A program made the position numbers and the translations under genes. Positions 19,212-28,446 of a DNA stretch of 64,000 bases are shown here, one piece after another. This DNA is from an uncultured Actinomycetota bacterium. GTDB lineage: Bacteria > Actinomycetota > Actinomycetes > Actinomycetales > Kineosporiaceae. The first letter of the stretch is position 1. Every line of letters begins with the position of its first letter. Location of the stretch: assembly GCA_963724535.1 (NCBI GenBank), contig CAVRVD010000011.1, forward strand, positions 43,201 through 107,200. Reading direction: 5' to 3'. The notes below the pieces were generated by a model, which was not told the origin of the DNA, ran no database searches, and worked only from the letters and a program-made list of their open reading frames with translations.

Positions 19212-20048
19212 TCAGGGCTTGCGAGCCACCCCTGCCCAGTAGTAAGCGGCCTCAGGGTTCTCCGGCGGAGTGTCCGGGCGCCAGGCCATGACCGGGACCA
19301 GGCCCGGCTCGACCAGCTCCCAGTCACCGAAGAAGCTCTGCACCTCGGCGCGACGGCGCGGCTGGAAGGTCATCCCGCTCTGGACGGCGAAGCTGGTCAC
19401 GGCAGCCATCGCCTCCTCGTCGAAGTCCGGCGTCGGGGTGCTGATCGCCAGGTAGCTGCCGGACGGCAGGGCGTCGCGGAACTGCGCCATGACCTCCTCG
19501 GGCCCGTCCTCGTCCGACAGCAACATGAGCATGGCAATGACCATCAGGGCGACCGGCTGGTCGAGGTCGATCACCTCGCGCAGCTCGGCGGTGTCCAGGA
19601 TGCTCCGCGGGTGTCGCAGGTCAGCGTCGAGGTAGGCGGTGCTCGGCTGACCGTCGAGCGAGTCCTTCTCGATCAGGGACAGCAGCGCCCGGGAGTGCAC
19701 CAGGACGATGGGGTCGTTGTCGACGTAGACCACCTTGGCCTCGGGCGCCACGGCCCGCGCCGTCTCGTGCAGGTTGGGGCTGGTCGGGATACCGCTGCCG
19801 ATGTCGAGGAACTGGCGCACCCCTTCGCCGGCCAGGTACCTGGTGGCGCGGGTGACGAAGTCACGGTTGGCCTTGGCCATGTCGCGCAGGGTCGGGATCT
19901 GTTGCAGAAACGCCTCCGCCAGCGCGCGGTCCACCTCGTAGTTGTCCCGCCCGCCGAGCCAGTAGTCGTAGACCCGGGCCGAGTGCGGAACACCCGTGTC
20001 GAGCTGTGGCGGTGGCCAGGGCTGTCCTGCGTCAGTCGAGACGTCCAA
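19212..20048 (-). CDS. SAM-dependent methyltransferase (DUF574-type)
   Basis: 'RVYDYWLGGRDNYEVDR' and 'QFLDIGSGIPT' (a glycine-rich SAM motif). Confidence 0.6.
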   Translation of the reverse strand: MDVSTDAGQPWPPPQLDTGVPHSARVYDYWLGGRDNYEVDRALAEAFLQQIPTLRDMAKANRDFVTRATRYLAGEGVRQFLDIGSGIPTSPNLHETARAVAPEAKVVYVDNDPIVLVHSRALLSLIEKDSLDGQPSTAYLDADLRHPRSILDTAELREVIDLDQPVALMVIAMLMLLSDEDGPEEVMAQFRDALPSGSYLAISTPTPDFDEEAMAAVTSFAVQSGMTFQPRRRAEVQSFFGDWELVEPGLVPVMAWRPDTPPENPEAAYYWAGVARKP

Positions 20049-20278
20049 CCTGTCCTCCCGAGGGTCGGGACCGGCCGCGACCAGTCCCTTGAGGACTCTC
20101 CGACAGAGTCACTCTATGTGAGCATGGAGTGTGACACACAACGAAGGCAAGGCCACCCTGGCCTCTCCTTAAGGCATGCATATGTGAGCCCATCGTGACA
20201 AAGGCGCCGACGATCGACCACGGCGGGTAAGCGGACCGACGACACAGACTGCGGCCTGGCACCGCGACCGACCCCTGG

Positions 20279-21325
20279 TCAGGGGGCCGGGCGGAACCCA
20301 AACCGGCGGCCGAGGGCCAGGCAGTCCACCAGGGGGGCGACGTCCGAGGTTCCCGTGCCGGTCATGCAGGACGCCGCGACACACGCCCCGGCGCGTAGGC
20401 ACTGCGGCACCGACCAACCCTCGTGCAGGCCGTGGATCACCCCGGCGGCGAACGCGTCGCCGGCGCCGGTGGCATTGACCAGGCGGTCCTGCGGCAGCCG
20501 AACCGAGCCCTGTCGGTGCGTGGCGCCGTCCGGGGTGACCGCGACGCACCCGGCCGGGAAGTGGACGGCGACCAGCCGCCGCACCCCGGCGTCCAGCAGT
20601 CTGCGTGCGGCGTCCTCGATGGCGGCCCAGTCGACCGGACCATCGACGCAGGTCGGGGCCAGCTCGACCCCGGCGACCCGGCACGCCTCGATCTCGTTGA
20701 CCACCAACGAGTCCAGGTGCGCCAGACAGGGCACAACCAGCTGCCGCAGCCGCTCGGGCTCGAGGGAGACCAGCTCGAGGTTGGTGTGCATCCCGGCGGC
20801 CTGGGCGGCGGCCAGCACCGACGCCCACCCGGACCCGGTGTCCTGCGCGCCGTCGAGCGCCGGGTGCAGCCCGGGGGCACCCAGGTGCAGGATCCGCGCG
20901 GTCGTGGTGGTGAGGTCGACGTCGTCCGGGGTGAGCAGGGCGTTGGCGCCGACGTGGTGGAAGAAGGTCCGGGCACCGCCGTCGCGCAGGATCATCGCGT
21001 CGCTGAACGAGGTGGCCACCGCCTCGCTGGTGCGCAGGCCCGAGGTGTCGATGCCGAGCCGATCGAGCTCGGCGCGCATCCATCCACCGTGCTCGTCCTG
21101 GCCGACGACCCCGACGACGCCGACCGGGTAGGCCGCCCCGAGGCGGGTCAGGTCGACGGCGAGGTTGACGCCCGGCCCGCCGGTGCTCGGCGTCACCGAG
21201 GCGATGACGGCGAGCCGGTCCGGGGTCGGGAACCGATCGATGACCTTGGCCAGGTCCACGACGACGGTGCCCGCGCAGAGCACTCCGGCCCGTGGGGTGC
21301 TGGTGGTGGTGCGGCCCGGTTCCAC
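20279..21325 (-). CDS. carbohydrate kinase, PfkB/ribokinase family
   Basis: 'LCAGTVVVDL' N-terminal GG-like motif and the C-terminal 'NATGAGDAFAAGVIHGL' PfkB signature. Confidence 0.7.
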   Translation of the reverse strand: MEPGRTTTSTPRAGVLCAGTVVVDLAKVIDRFPTPDRLAVIASVTPSTGGPGVNLAVDLTRLGAAYPVGVVGVVGQDEHGGWMRAELDRLGIDTSGLRTSEAVATSFSDAMILRDGGARTFFHHVGANALLTPDDVDLTTTTARILHLGAPGLHPALDGAQDTGSGWASVLAAAQAAGMHTNLELVSLEPERLRQLVVPCLAHLDSLVVNEIEACRVAGVELAPTCVDGPVDWAAIEDAARRLLDAGVRRLVAVHFPAGCVAVTPDGATHRQGSVRLPQDRLVNATGAGDAFAAGVIHGLHEGWSVPQCLRAGACVAASCMTGTGTSDVAPLVDCLALGRRFGFRPAP

Positions 21326-21338
21326 GGCAGGCTCCGGG

Positions 21339-22316
21339 TCAGGCCAGGGTCGGCTCGGTGATCCGCTGGTCGACCTCCAGGGACCGTAGCGGCTCGATCC
21401 CCTTGTCGCGCATGGCGTCGTGGTAGTCGGCGACTGCTTGTTCGGGGGTGACCTGGTGGCGGACGACGGCGCGCATCGCCGCGATCAGGTCCAGCTGGGA
21501 CTCGCTGCGCTGGATCTTGCGGCCGAACAGGGCGACCCGGGCGCCGTGCCGCTCGGCCTGGGCGAGCAGCTCCAGGGTGTCCCGAGTGGTGCCGGCCGAT
21601 CCACCGAGGATGCCGATGGTGAGGGAGGGGTCATGCTCGACCAGCTCGGTCAGGGCCTGTGGCCCGTTGTAGGCCATCTTGAGGAACAGCGGCCGCTCGG
21701 ACTGGGTCACCCCGGCCAGCGTCCGGATGACGTGGTCGTTGACGAAGGCGCCGACGTCGTCGGGATCCAGGTCGACCGGGGCGTTCGGGTTGAACACCTC
21801 GAGGAAGTGGCGCATCCCGACCTCGTGCGCAGCGGCCCGGAACTGCCCGTACGCCTCCAGGGTGGCCAGGTCGTGGTCGAGGTCGTTGTTGAAGGTCACC
21901 GAGTACAGCACCAGGGAGCAGAAGCCGCGGACCTGATCGAGGTTCGCCGTCCGGAACGGCCGGGAGGGCCGGATGGGGTAGCTGCCGCCGCGCGGGTTCC
22001 AGATGTCGGTGGTGTCGTTCGCCCGGACGGCGAGGGTGACCGGGCTGGCGTCGAAGACGCCGTCCAGGGCCAGCCGCTCGCCGTTCGAGGCCGAGGTGAG
22101 CATGACATCCACCGCGTGCGTACGGACCTCCTCGGCCATCGCCTCGAGGTACTCCGTCCGGGAGCGGAACGTGGTGCTGGTCGGCTCGGCGGGGTCGACG
22201 GCGGGCGCCTGCACCCCGAAGGCCATGTCGGCGTCCTTGGCGTCGGCGATGACGAAGTCGTCCGGCGTGTACCTACCGCGCTGGATCGAGGACAGCTTGC
22301 TGTCGAGGGCCTTCAT
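21339..22316 (-). CDS. TIM-barrel aldolase-like protein (class I aldolase/DhnA-like, DUF2090/Cgl0159-type), partner of the PfkB kinase
   Basis: The 325-aa C-terminal part of track ORF 21339..23756, starting 'MKALDSKLSSIQRGRY'. I assign the family from memory of such proteins next to (or fused to) IolC-like kinases. Confidence 0.45.
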   Translation of the reverse strand: MKALDSKLSSIQRGRYTPDDFVIADAKDADMAFGVQAPAVDPAEPTSTTFRSRTEYLEAMAEEVRTHAVDVMLTSASNGERLALDGVFDASPVTLAVRANDTTDIWNPRGGSYPIRPSRPFRTANLDQVRGFCSLVLYSVTFNNDLDHDLATLEAYGQFRAAAHEVGMRHFLEVFNPNAPVDLDPDDVGAFVNDHVIRTLAGVTQSERPLFLKMAYNGPQALTELVEHDPSLTIGILGGSAGTTRDTLELLAQAERHGARVALFGRKIQRSESQLDLIAAMRAVVRHQVTPEQAVADYHDAMRDKGIEPLRSLEVDQRITEPTLA

Positions 22317-22432
22317 CGCCGTGCTCCTGATGGGTCGGGGATGCCCAGCGTAGTCGGGTTGACAGCGCTGTCGACAGGACGCTGGGAAGCCTGGTCGCGC
22401 GGTGGTGGTACAGCACGGACGTGGGCAGCCCG

Positions 22433-23740
22433 TCAGGAGCAGGTGAGCAGTCCGGTCTCGGCCTTGCTGGTCAGCACCCTGGCCGCGGCCTGGTCGAGGC
22501 GGCGGGCGAACTCGGGGTCGGCGGCGGCCCGCTCGAGCAGGGCGCGGCGCATCTGGGCGACCTGGCTGGCCTTCACCGTGAGCACCAGGTCGCCGCCGGA
22601 TCCGATGAAGCGGGCGGCGCGCTCGCCCACGGGCACCGCCGCGACGGCCTTGGCGACACCGAGGTCGTCGGAGACGGCGACTCCGGTGAAGCCGAGGTCG
22701 GTGCGCAGCAGGTCGGTGACGATGCGGTGCGAGAAGGGCGCGATCCGTCTGGCGTCGAGCTTCGGATAGCGGGCCGAGGAGATCATCACGGCGCCGGTCC
22801 CGGCGGTGACCGCCGCCCGGAACGGGCGCAGGTTCGCCTCCGTGGCGCTGGCCTGGGCGTCGACCGCGCCGGTACCCCGGTCGGTGTTGACCCGAACCCG
22901 GCCCAGGCCCGGGAAGTGCTTGACGGCGGTGGTGACCCCGGCCGCCTGGCTGGCGGTGACGACGACGCGGACGTCGGCGGCGACAGTGCGCGGGCTGCTG
23001 CCGTACTCGCGGGCCACGGCACCGATCGGTGGGTTGGCGGCCCGGTCCGCGACCGCGACGGTGTCGGCCACCGGAGCGAGGTTCACGGTGATGCCGGCCT
23101 TGCGCAGCGCGGCGGCCGAGGTCTTGGCGGTGGCTGCGAGGGTGGCCGAGGACCAGCCGCCCTGGGTGCGGGCACTGGGCAGACGCGGAAAGCCCTTGCC
23201 GGACAGGGTTTGTACCTTGCCGCCCTCCTGGTCGGCGGCGATGTGCAGCGGCACGCCGTAGGCCGTGGCGGCGGCCTTCTGCAGGGCGTCGGTCTGCTTG
23301 CGAAGGGCGGCGACGCTGATCGTGCTGCGCCCGTGCAGGAACACTCCGCCGACCTGGTAGCCGGTGACCCGGTGGACCCCTCGCGCCGGGGCGCCGGCCG
23401 GGACGCCGATCATCAGCACCTGGCCGGCCCGCTCGTTGCGGGTCAGTCCGGCCAGGGTGGTGGCCACACACCGGGCCTGCGCCGTGGCCGGGTCGGCGGT
23501 GTCTGGGCTGGTGGTGGGTTTGTGGGTGGGGGTGAGCGTAGGGGTGGGCGATGCCGGGCCGGCGGAGGCGGGCGGGGGCGGGCGGCCGACGAGGCTGTCG
23601 GCGGCTACGTCCGCGCTGGCACCGGTGGATGTGACCGGGTCGGCCGGGGGGGTGAGGCCGCCACAGCCCGCCAGGGCGATGCTGGCGCCGAGGGCGGCCC
23701 AGGCCGGAGGGCATCGAGCAGGCCAGGCACGCCGGAACAC
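22433..23740 (-). CDS. glycoside hydrolase family 3 (beta-N-acetylhexosaminidase/NagZ-like) lipoprotein
   Basis: Lipobox 'ALAGCGG' after 'FRRAWPARCPPAWAALGAS'. 'KHFPGLGRV' matches the GH3 'KHFPGHG' motif, and 'GVAVSDDLG' fits the family. GTG start inside track ORF 22433..24904. Confidence 0.65.
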   Translation of the reverse strand: MFRRAWPARCPPAWAALGASIALAGCGGLTPPADPVTSTGASADVAADSLVGRPPPPASAGPASPTPTLTPTHKPTTSPDTADPATAQARCVATTLAGLTRNERAGQVLMIGVPAGAPARGVHRVTGYQVGGVFLHGRSTISVAALRKQTDALQKAAATAYGVPLHIAADQEGGKVQTLSGKGFPRLPSARTQGGWSSATLAATAKTSAAALRKAGITVNLAPVADTVAVADRAANPPIGAVAREYGSSPRTVAADVRVVVTASQAAGVTTAVKHFPGLGRVRVNTDRGTGAVDAQASATEANLRPFRAAVTAGTGAVMISSARYPKLDARRIAPFSHRIVTDLLRTDLGFTGVAVSDDLGVAKAVAAVPVGERAARFIGSGGDLVLTVKASQVAQMRRALLERAAADPEFARRLDQAAARVLTSKAETGLLTCS

Positions 23741-23811
23741 CGCAGTAGCGTGCCACAGCGGGTCAGCGACGGCCGAATCCCCCTCGTGGGGCCGGCGCCG
23801 CCACTCCGCCG

Positions 23812-24768
23812 TCAGCGGACCCGGACGACGACCTTGCCGGTCGTGGTCCGGCTCTCGATGTCGGCGAGGGCCTGCGCGCCGTCCACGAGGTCGTAGCCGG
23901 CGCCGACCGAGGGGCGCAGCCCGTCCTGGACGAGCTGGTCGAGGCGCTGCGCCGTCCGGGTGAACAGGTCGGGGACGACGCTGAACAGCTCGCGCCAGGC
24001 GAACCCCAGGACAGAGGTGTTGCGCAGCAGGAGGCGGTTCGCGGGGGCCGCAGGAATGGTGCCGGAGGCGAACCCGACGGTGACCAGCCGCCCCTCGGGA
24101 GCCAGGCAGCGCAGGCTCTGGTCGAAGACCTCGCCGCCCACGGGGTCGACGATCACGTCGACGCCGCCCTCGGCGCGCAGGGTGTCCACCCACTCGTGCG
24201 GCTCGAAGACCCGGACGGCGCCGGCCGCCGCGGCCAGCTCCCGGCGCTGCGGGGTGCTCGCCACGGCGTCGACCCGGGCGCCCAGGGCGGCAGCAACCTG
24301 CACCGTGGCCGAGCCGAGCCCACCGCCGGCACCGTGCACCAGGACCCGTTCGCCGGGGCGTAGGCGGGCGCGGCGTTCCAGGGCGACGAGCGCGGTGTGG
24401 TGGTTGACGACCATGGCGGCGCCCTGGATGTGATCGAGATGGTCGGGCAGGGCGGCCAGCAGGGTGGGGTCGGCCCAGACGGTCTCGGCGCAGGCGCCGC
24501 CCACGACGTGGCCGACGACGGCCTGGCCCTGGTGGAAGCCGGAGCCGGTCGGAGCCTGCTCGACGACGCCGGAGAACTCCAGGCCCACGATGAACGGCAG
24601 GGGCAGGCGCAGCTGGTAGCGGCCACGGGCCAGCAGGGTGTCGACGAAGCCGAGGCCCGCGGCGTGCACGGCGACCCGGACGGCGCCGTCGCGCGGTTCG
24701 GGTGGGTCGATGTCGCCGGCTCGGACGCCGCTCGGGCCGGTCAGGTCGTGGACGACGAGTGCGCGCAT
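23812..24768 (-). CDS. NADPH:quinone oxidoreductase / zinc-type alcohol dehydrogenase-like (MDR family)
   Basis: 'MRALVVHDLTGP', 'GAGGGLGSATVQVA' (a Rossmann GxGxxG) and 'KVVVRV' at the C-terminus. Confidence 0.7.
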   Translation of the reverse strand: MRALVVHDLTGPSGVRAGDIDPPEPRDGAVRVAVHAAGLGFVDTLLARGRYQLRLPLPFIVGLEFSGVVEQAPTGSGFHQGQAVVGHVVGGACAETVWADPTLLAALPDHLDHIQGAAMVVNHHTALVALERRARLRPGERVLVHGAGGGLGSATVQVAAALGARVDAVASTPQRRELAAAAGAVRVFEPHEWVDTLRAEGGVDVIVDPVGGEVFDQSLRCLAPEGRLVTVGFASGTIPAAPANRLLLRNTSVLGFAWRELFSVVPDLFTRTAQRLDQLVQDGLRPSVGAGYDLVDGAQALADIESRTTTGKVVVRVR

Positions 24769-24965
24769 GGGACCCTCCTGGCGATCGGTCACCCCAGCCG
24801 GCTGTGATCGGCCGCCGGGCGGCCGCTGTGGTTGTCGGTCGAGACGTTACGACCTGCTGCCGCTGCGGGCACGTCCGCCTGCCGGATGGGTCGCCGGGCC
24901 GCACTGCGTCGCGGTTGCTCCCCCGATGCCCCTACCCTTCTTGTCGGGGGTCGTCTCCCCGCGCT

Positions 24966-25038
24966 GGGCCTCTAGCTCAACTGGCAGAGCAGCGGACTTT
25001 TAATCCGTTGGTTCCGGGTTCGAGCCCCGGGGGGCCTA
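24966..25038 (+). tRNA. tRNA-Lys (anticodon TTT)
   Basis: Hand-folded cloverleaf: acceptor GGGCCTC/GGGGCCT (two G-U pairs), U8 A9, D-arm GCTC-AACTGGCA-GAGC, anticodon arm GCGGA-CTTTTAA-TCCGT (anticodon UUU), variable loop TGGTT, T-arm CCGGG-TTCGAGC-CCCGG, discriminator A. No encoded CCA. Confidence 0.8.
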
Positions 25039-25277
25039 CGAACCTGCAGGTCGCAGGCGGTTTGGGCGTCGTGGGCGAGTCGTGTGATCGTGTTTGCTCC
25101 CATGATTCTCTTCTTCTCGTGCCCGCGAACGGTGAACCGGTCGCACGCTCGAGGCTCCTCCGCGACCGCGCCGATGGTCGGTCAGGACGGTCTCGATCTG
25201 CCCCACGTCGGGGGGCGCCTCCACACCCGCGCCGTTGCCGGGACCACGATAGTGACGGGACACCTCGCGGACACGCC

Positions 25278-25324
25278 GGATAGGACTGTACTCATTCGAT
25301 ACTTGAGTGGATACAGTTCTATCC
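25278..25324 (+). promoter_or_regulatory. abiE promoter/operator: 13-bp inverted repeat (GGATAGGACTGTA ... TACAGTTCTATCC, 12/13 match) with a 21-bp spacer; TACAGT -10-like hexamer 7 nt before the ATG (leaderless-type)
   Basis: Read directly in an AT-richer pocket just upstream of the AbiEi start. AbiEi antitoxins are known to autoregulate through inverted repeats in their promoter. Confidence 0.45.
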
Positions 25325-25912
25325 ATGCGGGGTCCGGAGACGCTGCCGGCGACGTTCACCACTGGACAGGCGCTGGCCGCGTGTGCGCATCCGCGGGACG
25401 TGTATCGGTGGCGTGATGCCGGGTTGACGCTCGAACTGTCCCGTGGGGTGTTCCGGCGGGCGGACGCGCCGCTGCCGTCCTACCCGGACCTGCTCGCGGT
25501 CTCGCGGCGGGCGCCGCAGGCGGCGGTGTGCCTGGTGTCTGCGGCGCAGGTCCACGACCTGACCGACGAGCTCCCGCGGGCGGTCCAGATCGCCGTGCCG
25601 CGGGGAATGCGCCCACCGCAGATCGCCTACCCGCCGGTGGAGGTGTTCCGGTTCGCGGCCGCGACGTTCGACCTGGGCATCGAGTGGGTCGAGGCCGCCG
25701 ACGGCGAGACCGTGCGGATCACCGGACCCGCCCGGACCGTGGTCGACCTGATGCGGCTGCGGCGCAGCATCGGTGAACCGCTCGCGCTGATCGCCCTGCG
25801 CCGGTACCTGGCCCGCCCCGGCGGCAGACCCGCGGCGTTGATCGACCTTGCGCGCCCGCTCGACGTTCTGGGCCCGGTTCGGGCCGCCGTCGACGTCTTG
25901 GAGGCCTCATGA
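25325..25912 (+). CDS. type IV toxin-antitoxin system AbiEi-family antitoxin / transcriptional regulator
   Basis: 'LPATFTTGQALAAC...DVYRWRDAGLTLELSRGVFRR' is a winged-helix AbiEi N-domain. The C-terminal 'RITGPARTVVDLMR' fits the family. Stop overlaps the AbiEii start (ATGA). Confidence 0.6.
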   Translation: MRGPETLPATFTTGQALAACAHPRDVYRWRDAGLTLELSRGVFRRADAPLPSYPDLLAVSRRAPQAAVCLVSAAQVHDLTDELPRAVQIAVPRGMRPPQIAYPPVEVFRFAAATFDLGIEWVEAADGETVRITGPARTVVDLMRLRRSIGEPLALIALRRYLARPGGRPAALIDLARPLDVLGPVRAAVDVLEAS

Positions 25913-26856
25913 CCCCGCCCAGCGAGCCGACCCGGCCGCTCCGATCGGCGAGACCGACGCGGGCCGACGCCGGCGGTCGGGCGTACCTGGACCTGCAGAA
26001 CCTGGCCCGCCGCCAGACACGCCCGACCCAGGAGCTCCTCGTCCTGTATGCACTCGAACGGTTCCTCGCCCGCCTGGCCGCCAGCGCGTACGCGACGGCG
26101 TTCGTCCTCAAGGGCGGCATGCTGCTCGCCGCGTTCGACGCGCGCCGTGCGACCGTGGACGCCGACCTGCTCGCCACGGGCGCTCCGAACGACGCCGATG
26201 CCGTTCTCGCCCGCGTCCGCGACATCGCCAGCCACCAACCGGCCCAGGACGACGGTGTCCGGTTCCTCCCGAACACGGCCCGTGCCCGGATCATCCGTGA
26301 GGACAACCTCTACTCCGGTGTCCGGGCCACCATGCAGGCCCGCATCGCCAAGGCCACCGTCACGCTCTAGCTGGACATCAACTTCGGCGACCCCGTCACA
26401 CCCCCACCGCAGATCATCGATTACCCGACCCTGCGCGACGAGCACCCACCGGTCCGGGTCCTCGGCTACCCGCTGGCAGCAGTCATCGCCGAGAAGCTCA
26501 CCACAGCAGTCGATCTCGGCGAGACGAGTACCCGCGTGCGGGACTTCACCGACATCTGGGTTCTCACCCGCCGCCACGACCTCGACGCCAACGGACTACG
26601 CACGGCACTCGCCGCAACCGCCAGGCACCGCGGCGTCAGGCTCGGACCCCTCTCCGAGGCCGTCGGCGACCTCGCATCACTGCGCCACGACGTCTACACC
26701 GCCTCCAGGAACCGCGTGAACGACGAGGCCACTCAACTACCCGAACACCTCTACCACGTCCTCGCCGACGTCATCAGCTTCGCCGACCCCCTCCTCCGCG
26801 ACGCCCCCCGCACACCAGCCACCTGGTCGGCCAGCCAACGGCGATGGCTGCCATGA
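25909..26856 (+). pseudogene. AbiEii/AbiGii-family nucleotidyltransferase toxin (DUF1814), disrupted by an in-frame TAG at 26368-26370
   Basis: Track ORFs 25909..26370 and 26536..26856 are in the same frame. Reading through the TAG gives a continuous 315-aa protein ('...FVLKGGMLLAAF...ATVTL*LDINFGDPVTPP...RVRDFTDIWVL...'). The stop sits inside the conserved 'IDIxFGD' block. Confidence 0.7.
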
Positions 26857-27658
26857 CGCCACCGCGCCAGGTGGCCAGCCACCGCCAAGCACCACCCGCC
26901 CGGACCCGCAGCCGAGATGCCGGTGCCATCTCCCGTTCGATGGATGATCTTCGTGCCAGGTGAGGAGGATCGCCCACGTACACCGGCCGCCACCCCCTCC
27001 ACGATGCCCTGCTCCCTGGCCTCAGGTCAGCCGCGGGCCGGCGGCGGCAGCGGCCGGGTCAACGCGGTCACGTACAGGTCGTCGCGGAACGCCGCCGACA
27101 ACGCCTCGTAGACGGCCTGCGCCCGCCCCCGCGTCGTCGCGTTGTCCGTGGCCGAGAACCGAGGCTCGGCGTCCGGGACGATCGGCCACCACGACGTGTT
27201 GCGGCGATCCCCCCCACTTCGAGCTGATCTGGCAGCGGATCATGGCGTCGCCGTCGACCGTCGCGTACATCGCAACAGGCACCCCATAGACCCCTCATAG
27301 GCCCCGAACAACTCCGCCGAGAACAACGGCCGGTGGGCGTACATCTCCTCGTCCACCTGCCGTTTCAGGGTCAGCGCGTCCAGCGCCGTGATGTCCTTCC
27401 ACCGGCCCACGAACGTCGCGAACACAACAACCGCTTCAATGGGCCCGCCACCCGGTCGAACACCCCCGGTGCTCGACCACGGTCTGGTTGGCCTGCTGCA
27501 CCGCCGCCACCCGCCGCGCCCCCGCGCGATGAACACGCCGAGGACGGTCACCGCGACCGGCGCCGCCACGACCACGACCACGACCACGACCAGCTTGGCG
27601 ATCTCCAGGCTCGTCCACACCGACCCCGCATCACCCGCCGCCGCCATGGCCATGACCA

Positions 27659-28252
27659 TCACCTACTCCGTTCCCCGGGACGCCATCTCGTCCCAGGACG
27701 CCGTCTCGCGTTCGATGGTGGCCAGGGGGTCGGGGTCCAGGCCGCCGGGGACGAGCCGGCGCCGCAACCCGGCGGCCTGGGGGGCCCATGGGCTGGGTTT
27801 GCCGCCGTCAGCGGTTCGAGATCGGCGTGCAGGTCGAGGGCGTCGAGTTCGGGCCAGGCCAATCCGTGGCGGCGGGCGATCCGCAGCGCGGCGTCGGCGT
27901 CGTCGCGGGCCCGCCTCAGGTCCCCGGCTGCGGCGTGGACTTGGCCGCGGGCGACCAGGGCGGCGGCGTGAGGGCCGGGCAGGTGGCGGGGCCCGGCCAG
28001 GGTGATCGCCTCGCTCGCCGCGTCCACTGCCGTCGTCGGGTCACCGACCGCCGAGGCGGCCGCCTCCCGGGTCCGGGCAGCATCCCCACTGTCGGGGGTG
28101 GCGGCGGCGAAGTCGAGCCGGGCCACCACCCGGTCACAACGCGCCACGTCCGTGTTCCGGCCCTGCTCGACGGAGATCCGCCAGTTCGCCTCGGTCACCA
28201 TCCGGGCCGGTCCGACCCGGCCGGTGCGGGCCAGGAACTCCCCCCACCACAC
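27659..28252 (-). pseudogene. possible remnant of a TPR-containing regulator (AfsR/MalT-like helical-repeat fragment)
   Basis: A 197-aa ORF with Ala-rich helical-repeat character ('...AITLAGPRHLPGPHAAALVARGQVHAAAGDLRRARDDADAALRIARRHGLAWPEL...'). No N-terminal domain, and it sits in a gene-poor stretch. Weak. Confidence 0.2.
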
Positions 28253-28446
28253 GCCACCCAGCGAGAACAGGTGCCCGCCGTCGGGGTCGTCGGCGTGCAG
28301 GAGGCGGTCGGCGTCCCCGAAGCTCGTGTCGGCGGCAGGGGGTGTCGCCGGCCAGGCCGTCCAGCTCCCAGTGCACAGCGGACGCTTCGGAGATCCGTAG
28401 CCCGGTGCCGAGCCCGTGACGCCTCACGGCAGCCAGCGGGAATCTT

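Noticed and set aside
22317-23756. Upstream halves of the 805-aa (21339..23756) and 823-aa (22433..24904) ORFs
   Set aside because: These are Arg/Pro/Gly-rich read-through across neighbouring genes. The conserved aldolase-like and GH3 sequences start at internal Met/Val codons with plausible signal-peptide or start contexts.
27240-27662. 140-aa minus-strand ORF containing VVVVVVVV, encoded by an (accacg)x4 repeat
   Set aside because: Low-complexity artefact of a hexanucleotide repeat in a gene-poor island segment. No motif, and atypical composition.
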